DNA of 64,000 nt from an uncultured delta proteobacterium (GTDB lineage Bacteria > Desulfobacterota > Binatia > Binatales > Binataceae). A program made the translations under genes and the position numbers. This document shows, one piece after another, positions 1 through 9,987 of the stretch (its first letter is position 1; each line of letters begins with the position of its first letter). The DNA is taken from positions 2,272,001 to 2,336,000 of the forward strand of contig CAWEEQ010000004.1 in assembly GCA_963808235.1 (NCBI GenBank), written 5' to 3'. The notes beneath the pieces are model-generated. The model saw nothing but the letters and a program-made list of their open reading frames with translations. It made no database searches and had not been told where the DNA came from.

Positions 1-877
1 GTCGCTGAACTATCTGCTCGCCTCCCACGTCTGGCAGCAGGATCACAACGGCTTCACGCACCAGGACCCTGGCTTCCTCGACCACGTTATCAACAAGAAG
101 GCTGGTATCGTGCGCGTGTACCTGCCGCCCGACGCCAACTGTCTGCTATCGGTTTTTGATCACTGTCTGCGCAGCAGGCACTACGTCAACGTCGTGGTAG
201 CAGGCAAACACGCACTGCCCCAATGGCTCACCATGGAAGAGGCGGTGGTGCATTGCACGGAAGGAATTGGAATCTGGCAATGGGCCAGCAACGATCAGGG
301 CGCCGAGCCCGACGTGGTAATGGCCTGTTGCGGAGACACGCCCACGCTGGAGATCCTCGCTGCCGTTTCCATTCTTCGCAACTTTTTGCCCGATTTGAAA
401 ATCCGGGTGATCAATGTCGTCGATCTCATGAAGCTCCAGTCTGCCAGTGAGCATCCGCACGGGCTAAGTGAGACGGATTACGATTCGCTCTTCACCAGGA
501 ACAAGCAAATTATATTTGGCTTCCATGGATACCCAACGCTAGTCCACCGCCTGACCTACCGCCGTACCAACCAAAACCTGCACGTTCGCGGCTACAAGGA
601 AGAGGGGACTATCACGACGGCCTTCGACATGAGGGTGCAGAACGATCTGGATCGATTTCACCTGGTGCAAAACGTCGTGGATCGTCTGCCGCATTTAGGT
701 GCCAAGGGCGCGTATCTGAAGCAGATGGTTCAGGACAAGCTCATCGAGCACAAGCAGTACATCGATAGACACGGCCAGGACTTGCCGGAAATCCGCAACT
801 GGGAATGGAAGGCGTCGGGCAGTAACGGCGCCAAGGTCGCCGCGGGTGTACCGCGGCGAGCAGGCGACGACTCATGA
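1..877 (+). CDS. xfp: Phosphoketolase (Xfp/XpkA), C-terminal part; 5' end lies outside the window
   Basis: Frame open from base 2: [60 protein letters not shown], all phosphoketolase motifs. Confidence 0.95.
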   Translation, partial: SLNYLLASHVWQQDHNGFTHQDPGFLDHVINKKAGIVRVYLPPDANCLLSVFDHCLRSRHYVNVVVAGKHALPQWLTMEEAVVHCTEGIGIWQWASNDQGAEPDVVMACCGDTPTLEILAAVSILRNFLPDLKIRVINVVDLMKLQSASEHPHGLSETDYDSLFTRNKQIIFGFHGYPTLVHRLTYRRTNQNLHVRGYKEEGTITTAFDMRVQNDLDRFHLVQNVVDRLPHLGAKGAYLKQMVQDKLIEHKQYIDRHGQDLPEIRNWEWKASGSNGAKVAAGVPRRAGDDS

Positions 878-1101
878 GTAAGACAAAGCACAGTCACCAC
901 GGTAACGAAGGTTCAGACGGCGACGGTGTCAACCATGGCTTCCATCGTCCTTACTGGAAGCATGCACATCATGACTGGCGCTTGTGGGTCGCCGTGACTT
1001 TGATGCTTGCAGCCTTGGCTACTTATGTGATGACCGATGATCTGGCGTGGCGCCCTCGCAGCCAGACGCAGCAGCCGCTTTCAGGCGCTGGCGCAAAATA
1101 G
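874..1101 (+). CDS. Small His-rich single-TM membrane protein
   Basis: ATGA overlap with the xfp stop; His-rich N-terminus, then hydrophobic [17 protein letters not shown]. Confidence 0.6.
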   Translation: MSKTKHSHHGNEGSDGDGVNHGFHRPYWKHAHHDWRLWVAVTLMLAALATYVMTDDLAWRPRSQTQQPLSGAGAK

Positions 1102-1128
1102 CAGGGCTCGCGAGCTTTCGGGCAGGAG

Positions 1129-3909
1129 TTGAAAATGGCTGTCGAGCGAGATTGCGGAGAAGTAGCGAAGACCTTCGATCCAAAAGACTCCGGGCAAAAC
1201 GGAGGCAAGACAGGTGCTGAACAATCCAATGGATTGAAGTCCAGGGTAGGCGAGATTCGCAAGCGCGCCTACGAAATATTCGAGGCGCGCCAGGGCGGAC
1301 CCGGAAATGAGATCAGCGACTGGCAAAAGGCTGAGGCTTCAGTTTCCGCAGATGCGACCAAGGTCGATGCCTCCCAGGCCGATGCTCCCAAGACAAATGG
1401 GGCCAAGCCCGATGAACCAAAGGGTGTGCAAACGCCCAATGATACCGGAACGATCCAGGAGGCGCTGACCAAGTTCCATTCGAGCGTCGAGCATGGACTG
1501 ACTCAGGAAGAAGCGGCGACCCGGCTCAAGAAGGACGGCCCTAATGCCATCGAAGAAAAGCACATCAGCCCACTCAAGCGATTCCTGACGTTTCTGTGGG
1601 GGCCTATCCCATGGATGATCGAAATCGCTGCGGTGCTCTCCGCGGTCGTTCGACATTGGGAAGACTTCGTCATCATCTTTTTCATGCTGGCGCTCAATGC
1701 CGTTGTCGGTTTCTGGGAGGAATTCAAAGCGGATAACGAAATCGAGGCGCTGAAGAAGCATCTCGCGCTGCATTCGCGAGTGTTGCGCGACTGCAAATGG
1801 AGTGACGTTGAGGCAAAGACCCTGGTGAGCGGAGATATTGTCATGGTCAAGCTCGGCAATGTAATCCCCGCCGACTTGAAGCTGGTCGATGGCGACTACC
1901 TCAGCATCGATCAGTCGGCGCTGACGGGCGAATCGCTGCCGGTCGACAAGAAGAAAAATGACGTAGCGTATTCGGGATCGATCGTGCGCATGGGCCAGAT
2001 GAATGGGTTAGTCACCGCGACCGGAATGAACACACTCTTCGGCCGCACCGCACGACTGGTCGAGACTGTACAGACGGTCTCTCACTTTCAGAAAGCGGTG
2101 ATCAAGATCGGCAATTTCCTCATTCTGATCACGCTCGGCCTGGTCGCATTGATCCTGACGGTCGCGCTATATCGCGGCGACCCTTTGGTTGAGACTCTTC
2201 TGTTTGCACTGATTCTCACGGTAGCTGCGATCCCGGTCGCGTTGCCCGCCGTACTGTCCGTCACGATGGCCGTCGGCGCATCTGTGCTCGCCAGAATGAA
2301 AGCTATCGTATCCCGCCTCGTCGCGATCGAAGAGATGGCGGGCATGGACATTCTGTGCGCGGACAAAACTGGCACGCTCACCAAGAACGAGCTCAAGTTA
2401 GGCAGTCCCGTGATTTTCAAGGCGGGCAACGCGCAGGATTTGATCCTTGGCGCTGCGCTGGCGTCGCGAACGGAGGGAGGCGATAGCATTGACGAGGCCG
2501 TCATCCAAGGTCTCGGCGACAACTCCGTGTTAAAGACTTACCAAATCACTCACTTCACACCCTTCGACCCGGTCAGCAAGCGAACCGAGGCCGAGGTCAA
2601 ACACGATAACGTCACCTTCAAAGTTTCGAAGGGAGCGCCGCAGGTAATCCTCGACCTTGTGCATCCCGACGCGGACGCGCGCAAAAAAGCTCAAGACCAG
2701 GTTAACGATCTGGCGAGCAAAGGCTATCGCACACTAGGCGTCGCGCGTACCGATGCGCAGGGAAAGTGGGAATTCCTTGGCCTGCTGTCGCTGTCGGATC
2801 CTCCGCGTGACGATTCGGCCTCGACCATCATGACCGCGCGAAAAATGGGACTGCAGGTTCGCATGGTAACCGGCGACAACCTTGCAATCGCCCGCGAGGT
2901 ATCGCTCGAACTCAAGCTCGGACCAAACATCGCGGTTGCCGGCGATCTCTTTCCTGACGGTAAGGCTGACGACAGTGACAAGATAGATGTGGCCGACGGC
3001 TACGCGCAGGTTTTCCCCGAGCACAAGTTCAAGATCGTCAAGGCGCTGCAGGCTGGTGGGCATATTGTTGGCATGACCGGCGACGGCGTCAACGACGCCC
3101 CCGCGCTCAAGCAGGCAGATTGCGGGATCGCGGTAAGCGGCGCGACGGACGCGGCTCGTGCGGCTTCGGACCTGGTGCTCACCGCGACAGGTCTCTCCGT
3201 GATCACCGCTGCGATCGCGGAAGCGCGCAAGATATTCGAGCGCATGAACAGTTACGCAATCTACAGGATTTCCGAAACGATCCGCGTACTGCTCTTCATG
3301 ACCCTCGCGATCGTGGTGTTTAACTTCTACCCGGTAACCGCAGTCATGATCGTGCTCATCGCGGTGCTCAATGACTTCCCGATCATGATGATCGCCTACG
3401 ACAACACCATTGCAGCTCCACGCCCGGTCCGCTGGGACATGGAACGCGTGCTGACCGTGAGCTCGGTTCTCGGCGTGATGGGCGTAATCTCAGCTTTCGG
3501 CCTTTTCTGGATCGCAGAGAAGTATTTTCATCTACCGCGGCCCGTTGTTCAGAGCCTGATGTTCCTCAAGCTCCTGGTCGCCGGGCACCTCACGATCTAC
3601 ATCACGCGAAGCGTTGGAACGTTCTGGCAGCGCCCGTGGCCCAATTGGCGCCTGGTCGTTGCCACCGAAACAACCCAGGTCATCGGAACCCTCGCCGCGG
3701 TCTATGGATGGGGCATGACGCCGCTGGGATGGAAGTACGCGCTGTTACTGTGGGGCTATGCGCTCGTGTGGTTTTTCATCAACGACATGGTGAAGGTTGA
3801 GGTTTACCGCCTGATGCATCTTGGGACTGCGAACCATCAGCGCCATTTGGCAAGAATCAATGCCAGCCTTCATCCGGCTCCAGTCATCAAGGCAGCGAAC
3901 CAATCTTGA
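1129..3909 (+). CDS. P3A-type plasma-membrane H+-efflux P-type ATPase with N-terminal DUF2934-like segment
   Basis: TGES, DKTGTLT, KGAPQ, TGDGVNDAPALK, M4 IPVALPAV, M5 YRISETIR, M6 IAVLND; N-terminal EIRKRAYEIFEARQG...DWQKAE. Confidence 0.92.
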   Translation: MKMAVERDCGEVAKTFDPKDSGQNGGKTGAEQSNGLKSRVGEIRKRAYEIFEARQGGPGNEISDWQKAEASVSADATKVDASQADAPKTNGAKPDEPKGVQTPNDTGTIQEALTKFHSSVEHGLTQEEAATRLKKDGPNAIEEKHISPLKRFLTFLWGPIPWMIEIAAVLSAVVRHWEDFVIIFFMLALNAVVGFWEEFKADNEIEALKKHLALHSRVLRDCKWSDVEAKTLVSGDIVMVKLGNVIPADLKLVDGDYLSIDQSALTGESLPVDKKKNDVAYSGSIVRMGQMNGLVTATGMNTLFGRTARLVETVQTVSHFQKAVIKIGNFLILITLGLVALILTVALYRGDPLVETLLFALILTVAAIPVALPAVLSVTMAVGASVLARMKAIVSRLVAIEEMAGMDILCADKTGTLTKNELKLGSPVIFKAGNAQDLILGAALASRTEGGDSIDEAVIQGLGDNSVLKTYQITHFTPFDPVSKRTEAEVKHDNVTFKVSKGAPQVILDLVHPDADARKKAQDQVNDLASKGYRTLGVARTDAQGKWEFLGLLSLSDPPRDDSASTIMTARKMGLQVRMVTGDNLAIAREVSLELKLGPNIAVAGDLFPDGKADDSDKIDVADGYAQVFPEHKFKIVKALQAGGHIVGMTGDGVNDAPALKQADCGIAVSGATDAARAASDLVLTATGLSVITAAIAEARKIFERMNSYAIYRISETIRVLLFMTLAIVVFNFYPVTAVMIVLIAVLNDFPIMMIAYDNTIAAPRPVRWDMERVLTVSSVLGVMGVISAFGLFWIAEKYFHLPRPVVQSLMFLKLLVAGHLTIYITRSVGTFWQRPWPNWRLVVATETTQVIGTLAAVYGWGMTPLGWKYALLLWGYALVWFFINDMVKVEVYRLMHLGTANHQRHLARINASLHPAPVIKAANQS

Positions 3910-6305
3910 ATCCTGCTTCACCGAGCGAGTGCAAACCCGCGACCGCGCCACCTGCCGCAGCCGGTGCATCTGACAAGTCCGACGGCACGGCCAACGATGA
4001 CTCGCTGGGCGGCCTTACGAGCGAAGAGGCCGCTACCCGGCTCAAGAAGTTCGGCCCCAATGCGATGCCCGACGCGACGGTGCACCCGTTGCGTTCAGCC
4101 TTGAGCAAATTCTGGACCCCGGTTCCGTGGATGCTCGAGGCGGCGATCGTGCTGGAGGTGGTACTCGGCAAGTACATCGAGGCGGCGGTCATCGCGGCCC
4201 TGCTGGTGTTCAACGCGGCGCTCGGGTTTTTTCAGGAGTCGCGCGCACAGGCGACTCTCGCCGCGCTGAAGTCGCGGCTGGCCCTGAACGCGTCAGTCAA
4301 GCGCGACGGTGTATGGAAGACTGTGCCGGCGGTCGGCTTGGTGCCGGGCGATGTTGTGAAGCTGTCGCTGGGTGCCGTGGTGGCGGCCGATGTACACATT
4401 GTCGAGGGCTCAGTCCTTCTCGATCAGTCCATGCTTACCGGCGAATCCATACCCATCGAAGGTGGCAGCGGCGTGCAGACGTATGCCGGCGCGCTGGTGC
4501 GGCGGGGAGAGGCGGTCGCAGAGGTCACAGCGACTGGCACGCGCACCAAATTCGGACGCACCGCGGAGTTGGTCCGCACGGCGCATGTCACAAGTTCGGA
4601 GCAGAAGGCGGTGCTCCGCGTCGTGCGCAATCTGGCGATCTTCAACAGCGTCATCATTGTCATGCTGGTGGCCTATGCCTATCGGCTCGCGATGCCGCTG
4701 GCTGAAATCATACCGCTGGTGCTGACCGCCATCCTCGCATCTATCCCGGTGGCCCTGCCAGCAACCTTTACCGTTGCGGCGGCCTTGGGCGCACGCGCAC
4801 TGGCACGCCTGGGCGTGCTTCCGACGCGCCTCTCGGCAGTGGACGAAGCGGCAAGCATCGACGTCTTGTGCGCCGATAAGACCGGCACGCTAACCCTCAA
4901 CGCATTGACTGTGACCGCAGTCCATCCCGCGCCGAACTTCGACGAGGCCGGCTTGCTGGGACTAGCGGCGGTCGCGAGTGCGGACGGCGGGCAGGATCCT
5001 GTCGATGCTGCCATTCGCTCCGCAGCCTCGAGCAAGGGCGCCAAGCTGCCGAAGCTGATTAAGTTCATCCCCTTCGATCCCGCAAAGAAGACATCCGAGG
5101 CGACTGCCACGGATCCAAACGGCGCCGGCACCATGCGAGTTGTAAAGGGTGCCTATGCCGCAGTGATCCGTATCGCGTCACCAGTGCTGGAGTTGTCCGC
5201 GGCGGCTACCGATCTGGAGGCGAAGGGCTTTCGGCTGCTCGCGGTCGCGACTGGTACCGCCGCGGCGATGCGCCTGGCGGGGCTGATCGCGCTTAGCGAT
5301 CCGCCGCGAGCAGATTCGTCGGCGTTGATCGCGGAGATGCACACTCTGGGCGTGCGCACTGTGATGGTGACTGGCGACGCGCCCGCGACGGCTGCAATCG
5401 TGGCTCGCGCGGTTGGCCTCGATGGAGCAGTGAGTCCGCCGGGGCCGATCAGCGACTCTGTGAAGCCCGAGCAATTCGCGGTCTTTGCCGGCGTCCTTCC
5501 GGAGGACAAATACAAACTCGTGAAGGCGTTCCAGAAGGGCGGCCACAGTGTTGCGATGTGCGGCGACGGCGCCAACGACGCGCCTGCATTGCGTCAGGCG
5601 CAAATGGGAATCGCGGTGTCGACCGCGACCGACGTTGCCAAGTCGGCCGCCGGCATTGTACTGACCAAGCCGGGACTCGGCGGCATCGTGGCCTCGGTTA
5701 AAGAAGGCCGCATAACCTTTCAGCGCATTCTGACCTATACGCTTAGCTCGGTTACCAAAAAGATTGTACAGGTGCTTTTCCTGGTGGTTGGTCTGATCAT
5801 TACCGGACACGCAGTCCTTACTCCCATGCTGATGGTCCTCATCATGCTCACCGGCGACTTCCTGGGCATGTCGTTGACGACCGACAACGTGATTCCCTCG
5901 CCGCTGCCAAATTCCTGGCGAATCGGCAATTTGACGATGGTCGGGATCTTTATGGGAGTCTGCGAGTTAGCATTTTGCACGGCAGTTTTTGCTATCGGCA
6001 AATTCCGGCTGGGGCTTGAAATCGAGGCGCTGCAAACTCTGGCCTTTCTCGCCGTTGTGTTCGGCAATGAAGCATCGCTCTACGCCATCCGCGCACGCCA
6101 ACGCCTGTGGTCCACGCCCAGCCGCTGGCTCGTTCTGTCGTCCGTAGCGGATGTCTTGATCGCCTCGACGTTGGCTATCTGCGGAATCGTAATGACGGCT
6201 CTGCCGGTCATTCTCGTGGGCGGCATACTGGGCGCGGCAGTAGTCTTCGCATTCGTCGCGGATGTCGCGAAGTTCCCTGTATTGAGCCGTCTCAAGATAG
6301 CTTAG
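3906..6305 (+). CDS. Second P3A-like P-type ATPase (divergent M5)
   Basis: TGES, DKTGTLT, GDGANDAPAL, M4 IPVALPATF, M6 MLTGDF; TTG start overlaps the previous TGA (true start may be slightly downstream). Confidence 0.88.
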   Translation: MNPASPSECKPATAPPAAAGASDKSDGTANDDSLGGLTSEEAATRLKKFGPNAMPDATVHPLRSALSKFWTPVPWMLEAAIVLEVVLGKYIEAAVIAALLVFNAALGFFQESRAQATLAALKSRLALNASVKRDGVWKTVPAVGLVPGDVVKLSLGAVVAADVHIVEGSVLLDQSMLTGESIPIEGGSGVQTYAGALVRRGEAVAEVTATGTRTKFGRTAELVRTAHVTSSEQKAVLRVVRNLAIFNSVIIVMLVAYAYRLAMPLAEIIPLVLTAILASIPVALPATFTVAAALGARALARLGVLPTRLSAVDEAASIDVLCADKTGTLTLNALTVTAVHPAPNFDEAGLLGLAAVASADGGQDPVDAAIRSAASSKGAKLPKLIKFIPFDPAKKTSEATATDPNGAGTMRVVKGAYAAVIRIASPVLELSAAATDLEAKGFRLLAVATGTAAAMRLAGLIALSDPPRADSSALIAEMHTLGVRTVMVTGDAPATAAIVARAVGLDGAVSPPGPISDSVKPEQFAVFAGVLPEDKYKLVKAFQKGGHSVAMCGDGANDAPALRQAQMGIAVSTATDVAKSAAGIVLTKPGLGGIVASVKEGRITFQRILTYTLSSVTKKIVQVLFLVVGLIITGHAVLTPMLMVLIMLTGDFLGMSLTTDNVIPSPLPNSWRIGNLTMVGIFMGVCELAFCTAVFAIGKFRLGLEIEALQTLAFLAVVFGNEASLYAIRARQRLWSTPSRWLVLSSVADVLIASTLAICGIVMTALPVILVGGILGAAVVFAFVADVAKFPVLSRLKIA

Positions 6306-6377
6306 AGGAGTGACTAAGCATCGGCAGTACCTGGGAGTGCGTGCGTCGGTAGCCAAGTCATCGGAGAACCAGCGACA

Positions 6378-6495
6378 ATGAACTACCGCAAGAGATTCGT
6401 CGTCGAGCCCGGCGCAAAGGTCCGAGGTGGACATTGCGCAAATTCGTCACAAGTATCACGTGGCGGCGGTGCGGCAGGCGCAGCGAGGCGGATAA
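6378..6495 (+). pseudogene. Collapsed polyphosphate kinase 2 (PPK2) remnant: N- and C-termini only
   Basis: MNYRKRFVVEPGAKVR (PPK2-like N-terminus) joined out of frame at about 6424 to EVDIAQIRHKYHVAA...* (PPK2-like C-terminus); family assignment from recalled terminal motifs. Confidence 0.6.
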
Positions 6496-6536
6496 GCCGC
6501 CGAAGGTGTCACACAAGAAGTAAGTATGCCTCTACT
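6424..6536 (+). repeat. Degenerate direct repeat, copy 1 (about 100 bp)
   Basis: gaggtggac...taagccgccgaaggtgtcacacaagaagtaag...gcctctact aligns with 6999-7096. Confidence 0.7.
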
Positions 6537-6593
6537 CCAATGTTCTCCAACATCACGTCGGCTAGCCATCGTGAACCAGCAAGGAGGTCTTGC

Positions 6594-6950
6594 ATGATCA
6601 AGACAGAGATTATCTCCCCCAACGCGCTGAAGATCGTGGTGCCGGATAAATTGAAGGCGGACGATTTCCGCCAAATTGCGCCGCAAATCGATCCTCTCAT
6701 CAGTCAGCATGGCAAAATCAGATTGCTGATCGATGCTTCCGGTTTCAACGGGTGGGAGAATATCGCGGCTTTCGAAAAGCATGCCGGCTTCGTGAAAAAC
6801 CACCAACAGAAGATAGAGCGCATCGCGGTCATTGCCGCTCATGAGTGGCAGCATTGGCTGATTGGCGCAATCCGGATCTTCGTCCATCCGGAGGTAAGAG
6901 CCTACGATCAGAGCCACGCAAGCGAGGCGCTGCGCTGGATCGTCGGATAA
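6594..6950 (+). CDS. SpoIIAA-like (STAS/SEC14 domain) protein
   Basis: RBS aaggagg at 6581-6587; GKIRLLIDASGFNGWE...IERIAVI...EALRWI pattern. Confidence 0.8.
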   Translation: MIKTEIISPNALKIVVPDKLKADDFRQIAPQIDPLISQHGKIRLLIDASGFNGWENIAAFEKHAGFVKNHQQKIERIAVIAAHEWQHWLIGAIRIFVHPEVRAYDQSHASEALRWIVG

Positions 6951-6998
6951 GCACGAGACGTCTGAAGACGGGTGGAACGACAGTGGTTTCCGCCAGCG

Positions 6999-7096
6999 GA
7001 GGTGGACTATTGGGGAGCTTCGTCGCAAATAACACAGCGCGGCGGCGCGGCTATTAGCCGCCGAAGATGTCGCGCAAGAGGTAAGACGCCTCAACT
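6999..7096 (+). repeat. Degenerate direct repeat, copy 2 (second decayed PPK2-like 3' end)
   Basis: gaggtggac...ttagccgccgaagatgtcgcgcaagaggtaag...gcctcaact; reads FPPAEVD/IGELRRK*HSAAA with a frameshift and a stop. Confidence 0.65.
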
Positions 7097-7144
7097 TATC
7101 GAGTTGGTGAACGTGACATACGGAAAACTTCGGCAGAGCGAGCG

Positions 7145-7622
7145 GTGGCCCGGCTCTTCGGCGGCATCCGGCCCGTTCACCCGTGCTGGCGCGGTGCGCG
7201 ACGCGCTGGCTGGCATCACTCTCGCTGCGATGAATGTGCCGCAGGCGCTCGGCTACGCGCGAATCGCTGGCATGCCGGTCGTCAGCGGGCTCTACACTCT
7301 ACTGCTACTGCTGGTAGCCTTCGCAGCGCTCGGCTCTTCGCGTTACTTGGTGGTGGCGACGGATTCAGCCACGGCCGCCATCCTCGCGGGCAGACTGTCA
7401 CAGCTCGCGCCTATCGCCAGCGCTCATTATGTAGCGCTGGCTGGGTTGGTAGCACTGTTGACGGCCGGATGCTTGCTGCTGGCGCGGTTGTTCAAACTCG
7501 GCTTCCTGGCTGATTTCCTTTCGCAGACGCTGCTGGTGGGCTTTCCTACCGGTGTCGGCTTCCAAGTCGGCATTGCGATGCTTGGCGAGATGCTGGGCCT
7601 GCAGCATTCTGTTGAGAAGTGA
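7145..7622 (+). pseudogene. SulP-family anion transporter, frameshifted and truncated N-terminal fragment
   Basis: RDALAGITLAAMNVPQALGYARIAGMPVVSGLY, GSSRYLVV, GFLADFLS; stops after about 160 codons; frameshift near 7175. Confidence 0.8.
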
Positions 7623-7652
7623 CGTATTCTGCGGGTCGTTACAGCGGAACGC

Positions 7653-8350
7653 GTGCTGACCGTCGATCAGACCCGAGCGTTTTACGATCGCATGGGGGCG
7701 TGGCAGGACTGGCAGCGGTTTTACGAAGATCCTCCGCTCCAGAGGCTGCTTCAGGCGGCTAAGTTTCAGGCCGCTCACTCCACCATAGAGTTTGGATGCG
7801 GTACCGTTCGATTCGCGCTACAGATATTGTCCGAAATCACGCCGGCGAATTGCCGCTACCTAGGAGTCGATCTCAGCTCGACGATGGCAGCACTCGCCCC
7901 GAGCGCGCCTTTGCAGCTATTTCGACCGAGCCGAAGTGCGCCTGTCCGATGGAAAGGTAACTGTCGGCGAGCCGGATGGTCGCTTCGATCGTTACGTTTC
8001 GAATTACATGCTTGATCTACTCAGCCGCGAATCTACCGGGCAACTGCTGTCCGAAGCGCATCACCTTCTCAAACCCGGCGGATTGCTATGCCTGGTCAGT
8101 CTCACCTAAGGGAGTTCAGCGTTTCAGAAGGCGGTCTCCGGCGTTTGAAGCCGCATTCACGCCGCCCGGCCGGCGCTGGTTGGCGGATGCCGACCGGTAG
8201 AATTGCTGGATTTCGTCTCGTCACCGGACTGGCGAGTCGAGTTCCGCGACGTAGTTTCCTCCTTCGGCCTGAGTTCCGAGGTGCTGGTGGCTGCGCGCGT
8301 CTAATCGCGACTCAACCGCTGCTGATCGTCGATGGCAGTTCAGCCGGGTA
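7653..8350 (+). pseudogene. Class I SAM-dependent methyltransferase, frameshifted
   Basis: FYDRMGAWQDWQRFYED, motif I IEFGCGT, YLGVDLSSTM; FDRYVSNYMLDLL and HHLLKPGGLLCLVSL continue in another frame; 3' end approximate. Confidence 0.75.
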
Positions 8351-8371
8351 AAGCTAGCCACGCCAAAATAG

Positions 8372-8459
8372 TGGTGCCGGGGGCGGGACTCGAACCCGCA
8401 CGGAGTCTTCACTCCAGAGGATTTTAAGTCCTCTGCGTCTGCCATTTCGCCACCCCGGC
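8372..8459 (-). tRNA. tRNA-Leu(TAA)
   Basis: 88 nt; acceptor GCCGGGG/CCCCGGC, anticodon arm GAGGA-CTTAAAA-TCCTC, long variable arm, GGTTCGAGTCC T-arm, encoded CCA. Confidence 0.97.
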
Positions 8460-8616
8460 TCGAACGCTCGCTAGATCTTTAAATCACAAAGGCGCCAGCG
8501 CGCGAAGATGGCTCACATCGGAGGACCGGCGATGGGTTTGCCGATTTCTCATTCTGTCCCGGCGTCGGCGGTTATATGATTGCCTTGCTTCATCGGAATA
8601 CCGGAGGCGAATCTTT

Positions 8617-9111
8617 TTGCTGCGAAGACGATTACTCCTGGTGCTCCTCACGACGCTGGTCGCGGGCTGCTCGGTATATCGCGATTACGAAGCCTCGAAA
8701 CCCGAAGCCATTCGACAAACGGAGGCGAAGCTCTCCGACGCGGGCTTTCACACGGTTCGGATAGATACCTCCGAACAAGTCGGGCTCGCCGCAAATCTGC
8801 CGCCGTATGAACTTCGCACCTATGCGGCGAGCTCCGGGGCCGTCTTTTGGTACTATGATCCGAAAGTCTGCACATGCGTTTACGAAGGGCATCAAGGCGA
8901 CTTCGACCGCTACCAGATGGCGCTCCGGCAGGAGAGCGACACGACCGAGTACGCGGCCGAATCGGAGCAGGAAGAAGTCGCATCATTGAACGCCTTGAAC
9001 GGAGGGTTCTTTCCTCCGCCAATCTTAATCGGCGGATTTGTCGGCGGACATTTTGTCGGTGGCGGCCATGGTAATGGACATGGCTTTGGCCATGGGCACG
9101 GTCACCGCTAG
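8617..9111 (+). CDS. Lipoprotein with Gly/His-rich C-terminal tail
   Basis: Lipobox LVAG-C; CTC motif; tail GGHGNGHGFGHGHGHR. Confidence 0.75.
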   Translation: MLRRRLLLVLLTTLVAGCSVYRDYEASKPEAIRQTEAKLSDAGFHTVRIDTSEQVGLAANLPPYELRTYAASSGAVFWYYDPKVCTCVYEGHQGDFDRYQMALRQESDTTEYAAESEQEEVASLNALNGGFFPPPILIGGFVGGHFVGGGHGNGHGFGHGHGHR

Positions 9112-9225
9112 TGGCCGGCGATTGTGCTGATTGAAACCTACGAGCACTTCGCCACGTCTATAGTCGCGGGGCTGGCGGAGATACACTAATTTTGCGTCAT
9201 TATCCTTGAATATGAGCTGACGTCG

Positions 9226-9969
9226 GTGCGAAACATGAAATATCCAGGGGCAAAAGATCTCGCCAAAGACGTCGATCGCCGCGTTGCGAGCCGGTTCCGA
9301 GTCGCCGCGATTGCGACCGCGGTTGCAATTTCGGGATGCGCCGTCGCACCGGCGCCGATCGCGCATACGCCTAACGTGGTCGCGACTCCGCAACAAGGCC
9401 AACTGGCCGTCAGTGTCGCCGCCGCGCCTACCGTCGGCGAGGTCACTCCGGTCTATGTATCGGTCGCCAACGGCTCCGATGCGCCACGTTCGGTCGTGCC
9501 AAGCCAGGTGTTTGCACTCAACGACGCCGGGGAGCGGGTCGCACCTCTTCCACCGGGTGAAGCGGCCCGCCAGGCCGGCAGCGCCAACGAGCTGCGCGGA
9601 GCGATACAAAGTGCCGCGGTGAGCGGGGTCGGAGGCGCCGCAGTGGGCGCGGCCGCGGGGGCCGTCGCAGGAGCTGCGGGCAGAGCAGGCAATTGGGGCT
9701 TCGGATCTCCGGGCGCCGGGGCCTTGGTCGGTACCGCATTCGGAGGTGGATGGGGCATTTTCAGCGGCGCCGAAAAAGGCCAATCGAAAGCCGACCAGCA
9801 GGCCAATCAGCAGCTTGAGTCGCTCGCGCTCAAGCCTGAAGAAGTCCGGAAGAACTTTACCGTGAGCGGTTACGTATTCTTCCCCAAGGGGCAGTATAAC
9901 CAGGTCGAGATGCTGCTGGTCGATCGCGAGACCGGCGACACCGAGATCGTCCGCGAGCCGTGGCGTTGA
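9226..9969 (+). CDS. Lipoprotein with glycine-zipper region
   Basis: Lipobox AISG-C; GGAAVGAAAGAVAG...GAGALVGTAFGG; start uncertain. Confidence 0.75.
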   Translation: MRNMKYPGAKDLAKDVDRRVASRFRVAAIATAVAISGCAVAPAPIAHTPNVVATPQQGQLAVSVAAAPTVGEVTPVYVSVANGSDAPRSVVPSQVFALNDAGERVAPLPPGEAARQAGSANELRGAIQSAAVSGVGGAAVGAAAGAVAGAAGRAGNWGFGSPGAGALVGTAFGGGWGIFSGAEKGQSKADQQANQQLESLALKPEEVRKNFTVSGYVFFPKGQYNQVEMLLVDRETGDTEIVREPWR

Positions 9970-9987
9970 GAGAAGTCGCGAGCTTGG

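Noticed and set aside
6378-6950. Single 190-aa protein from the ORF track
   Set aside because: It is a chance in-frame join of the ppk2 remnant to a SpoIIAA-like gene that has its own RBS and ATG at 6594.
8221-8445. 74-aa ORF overlapping the tRNA
   Set aside because: It is a translation of the tRNA-Leu sequence.
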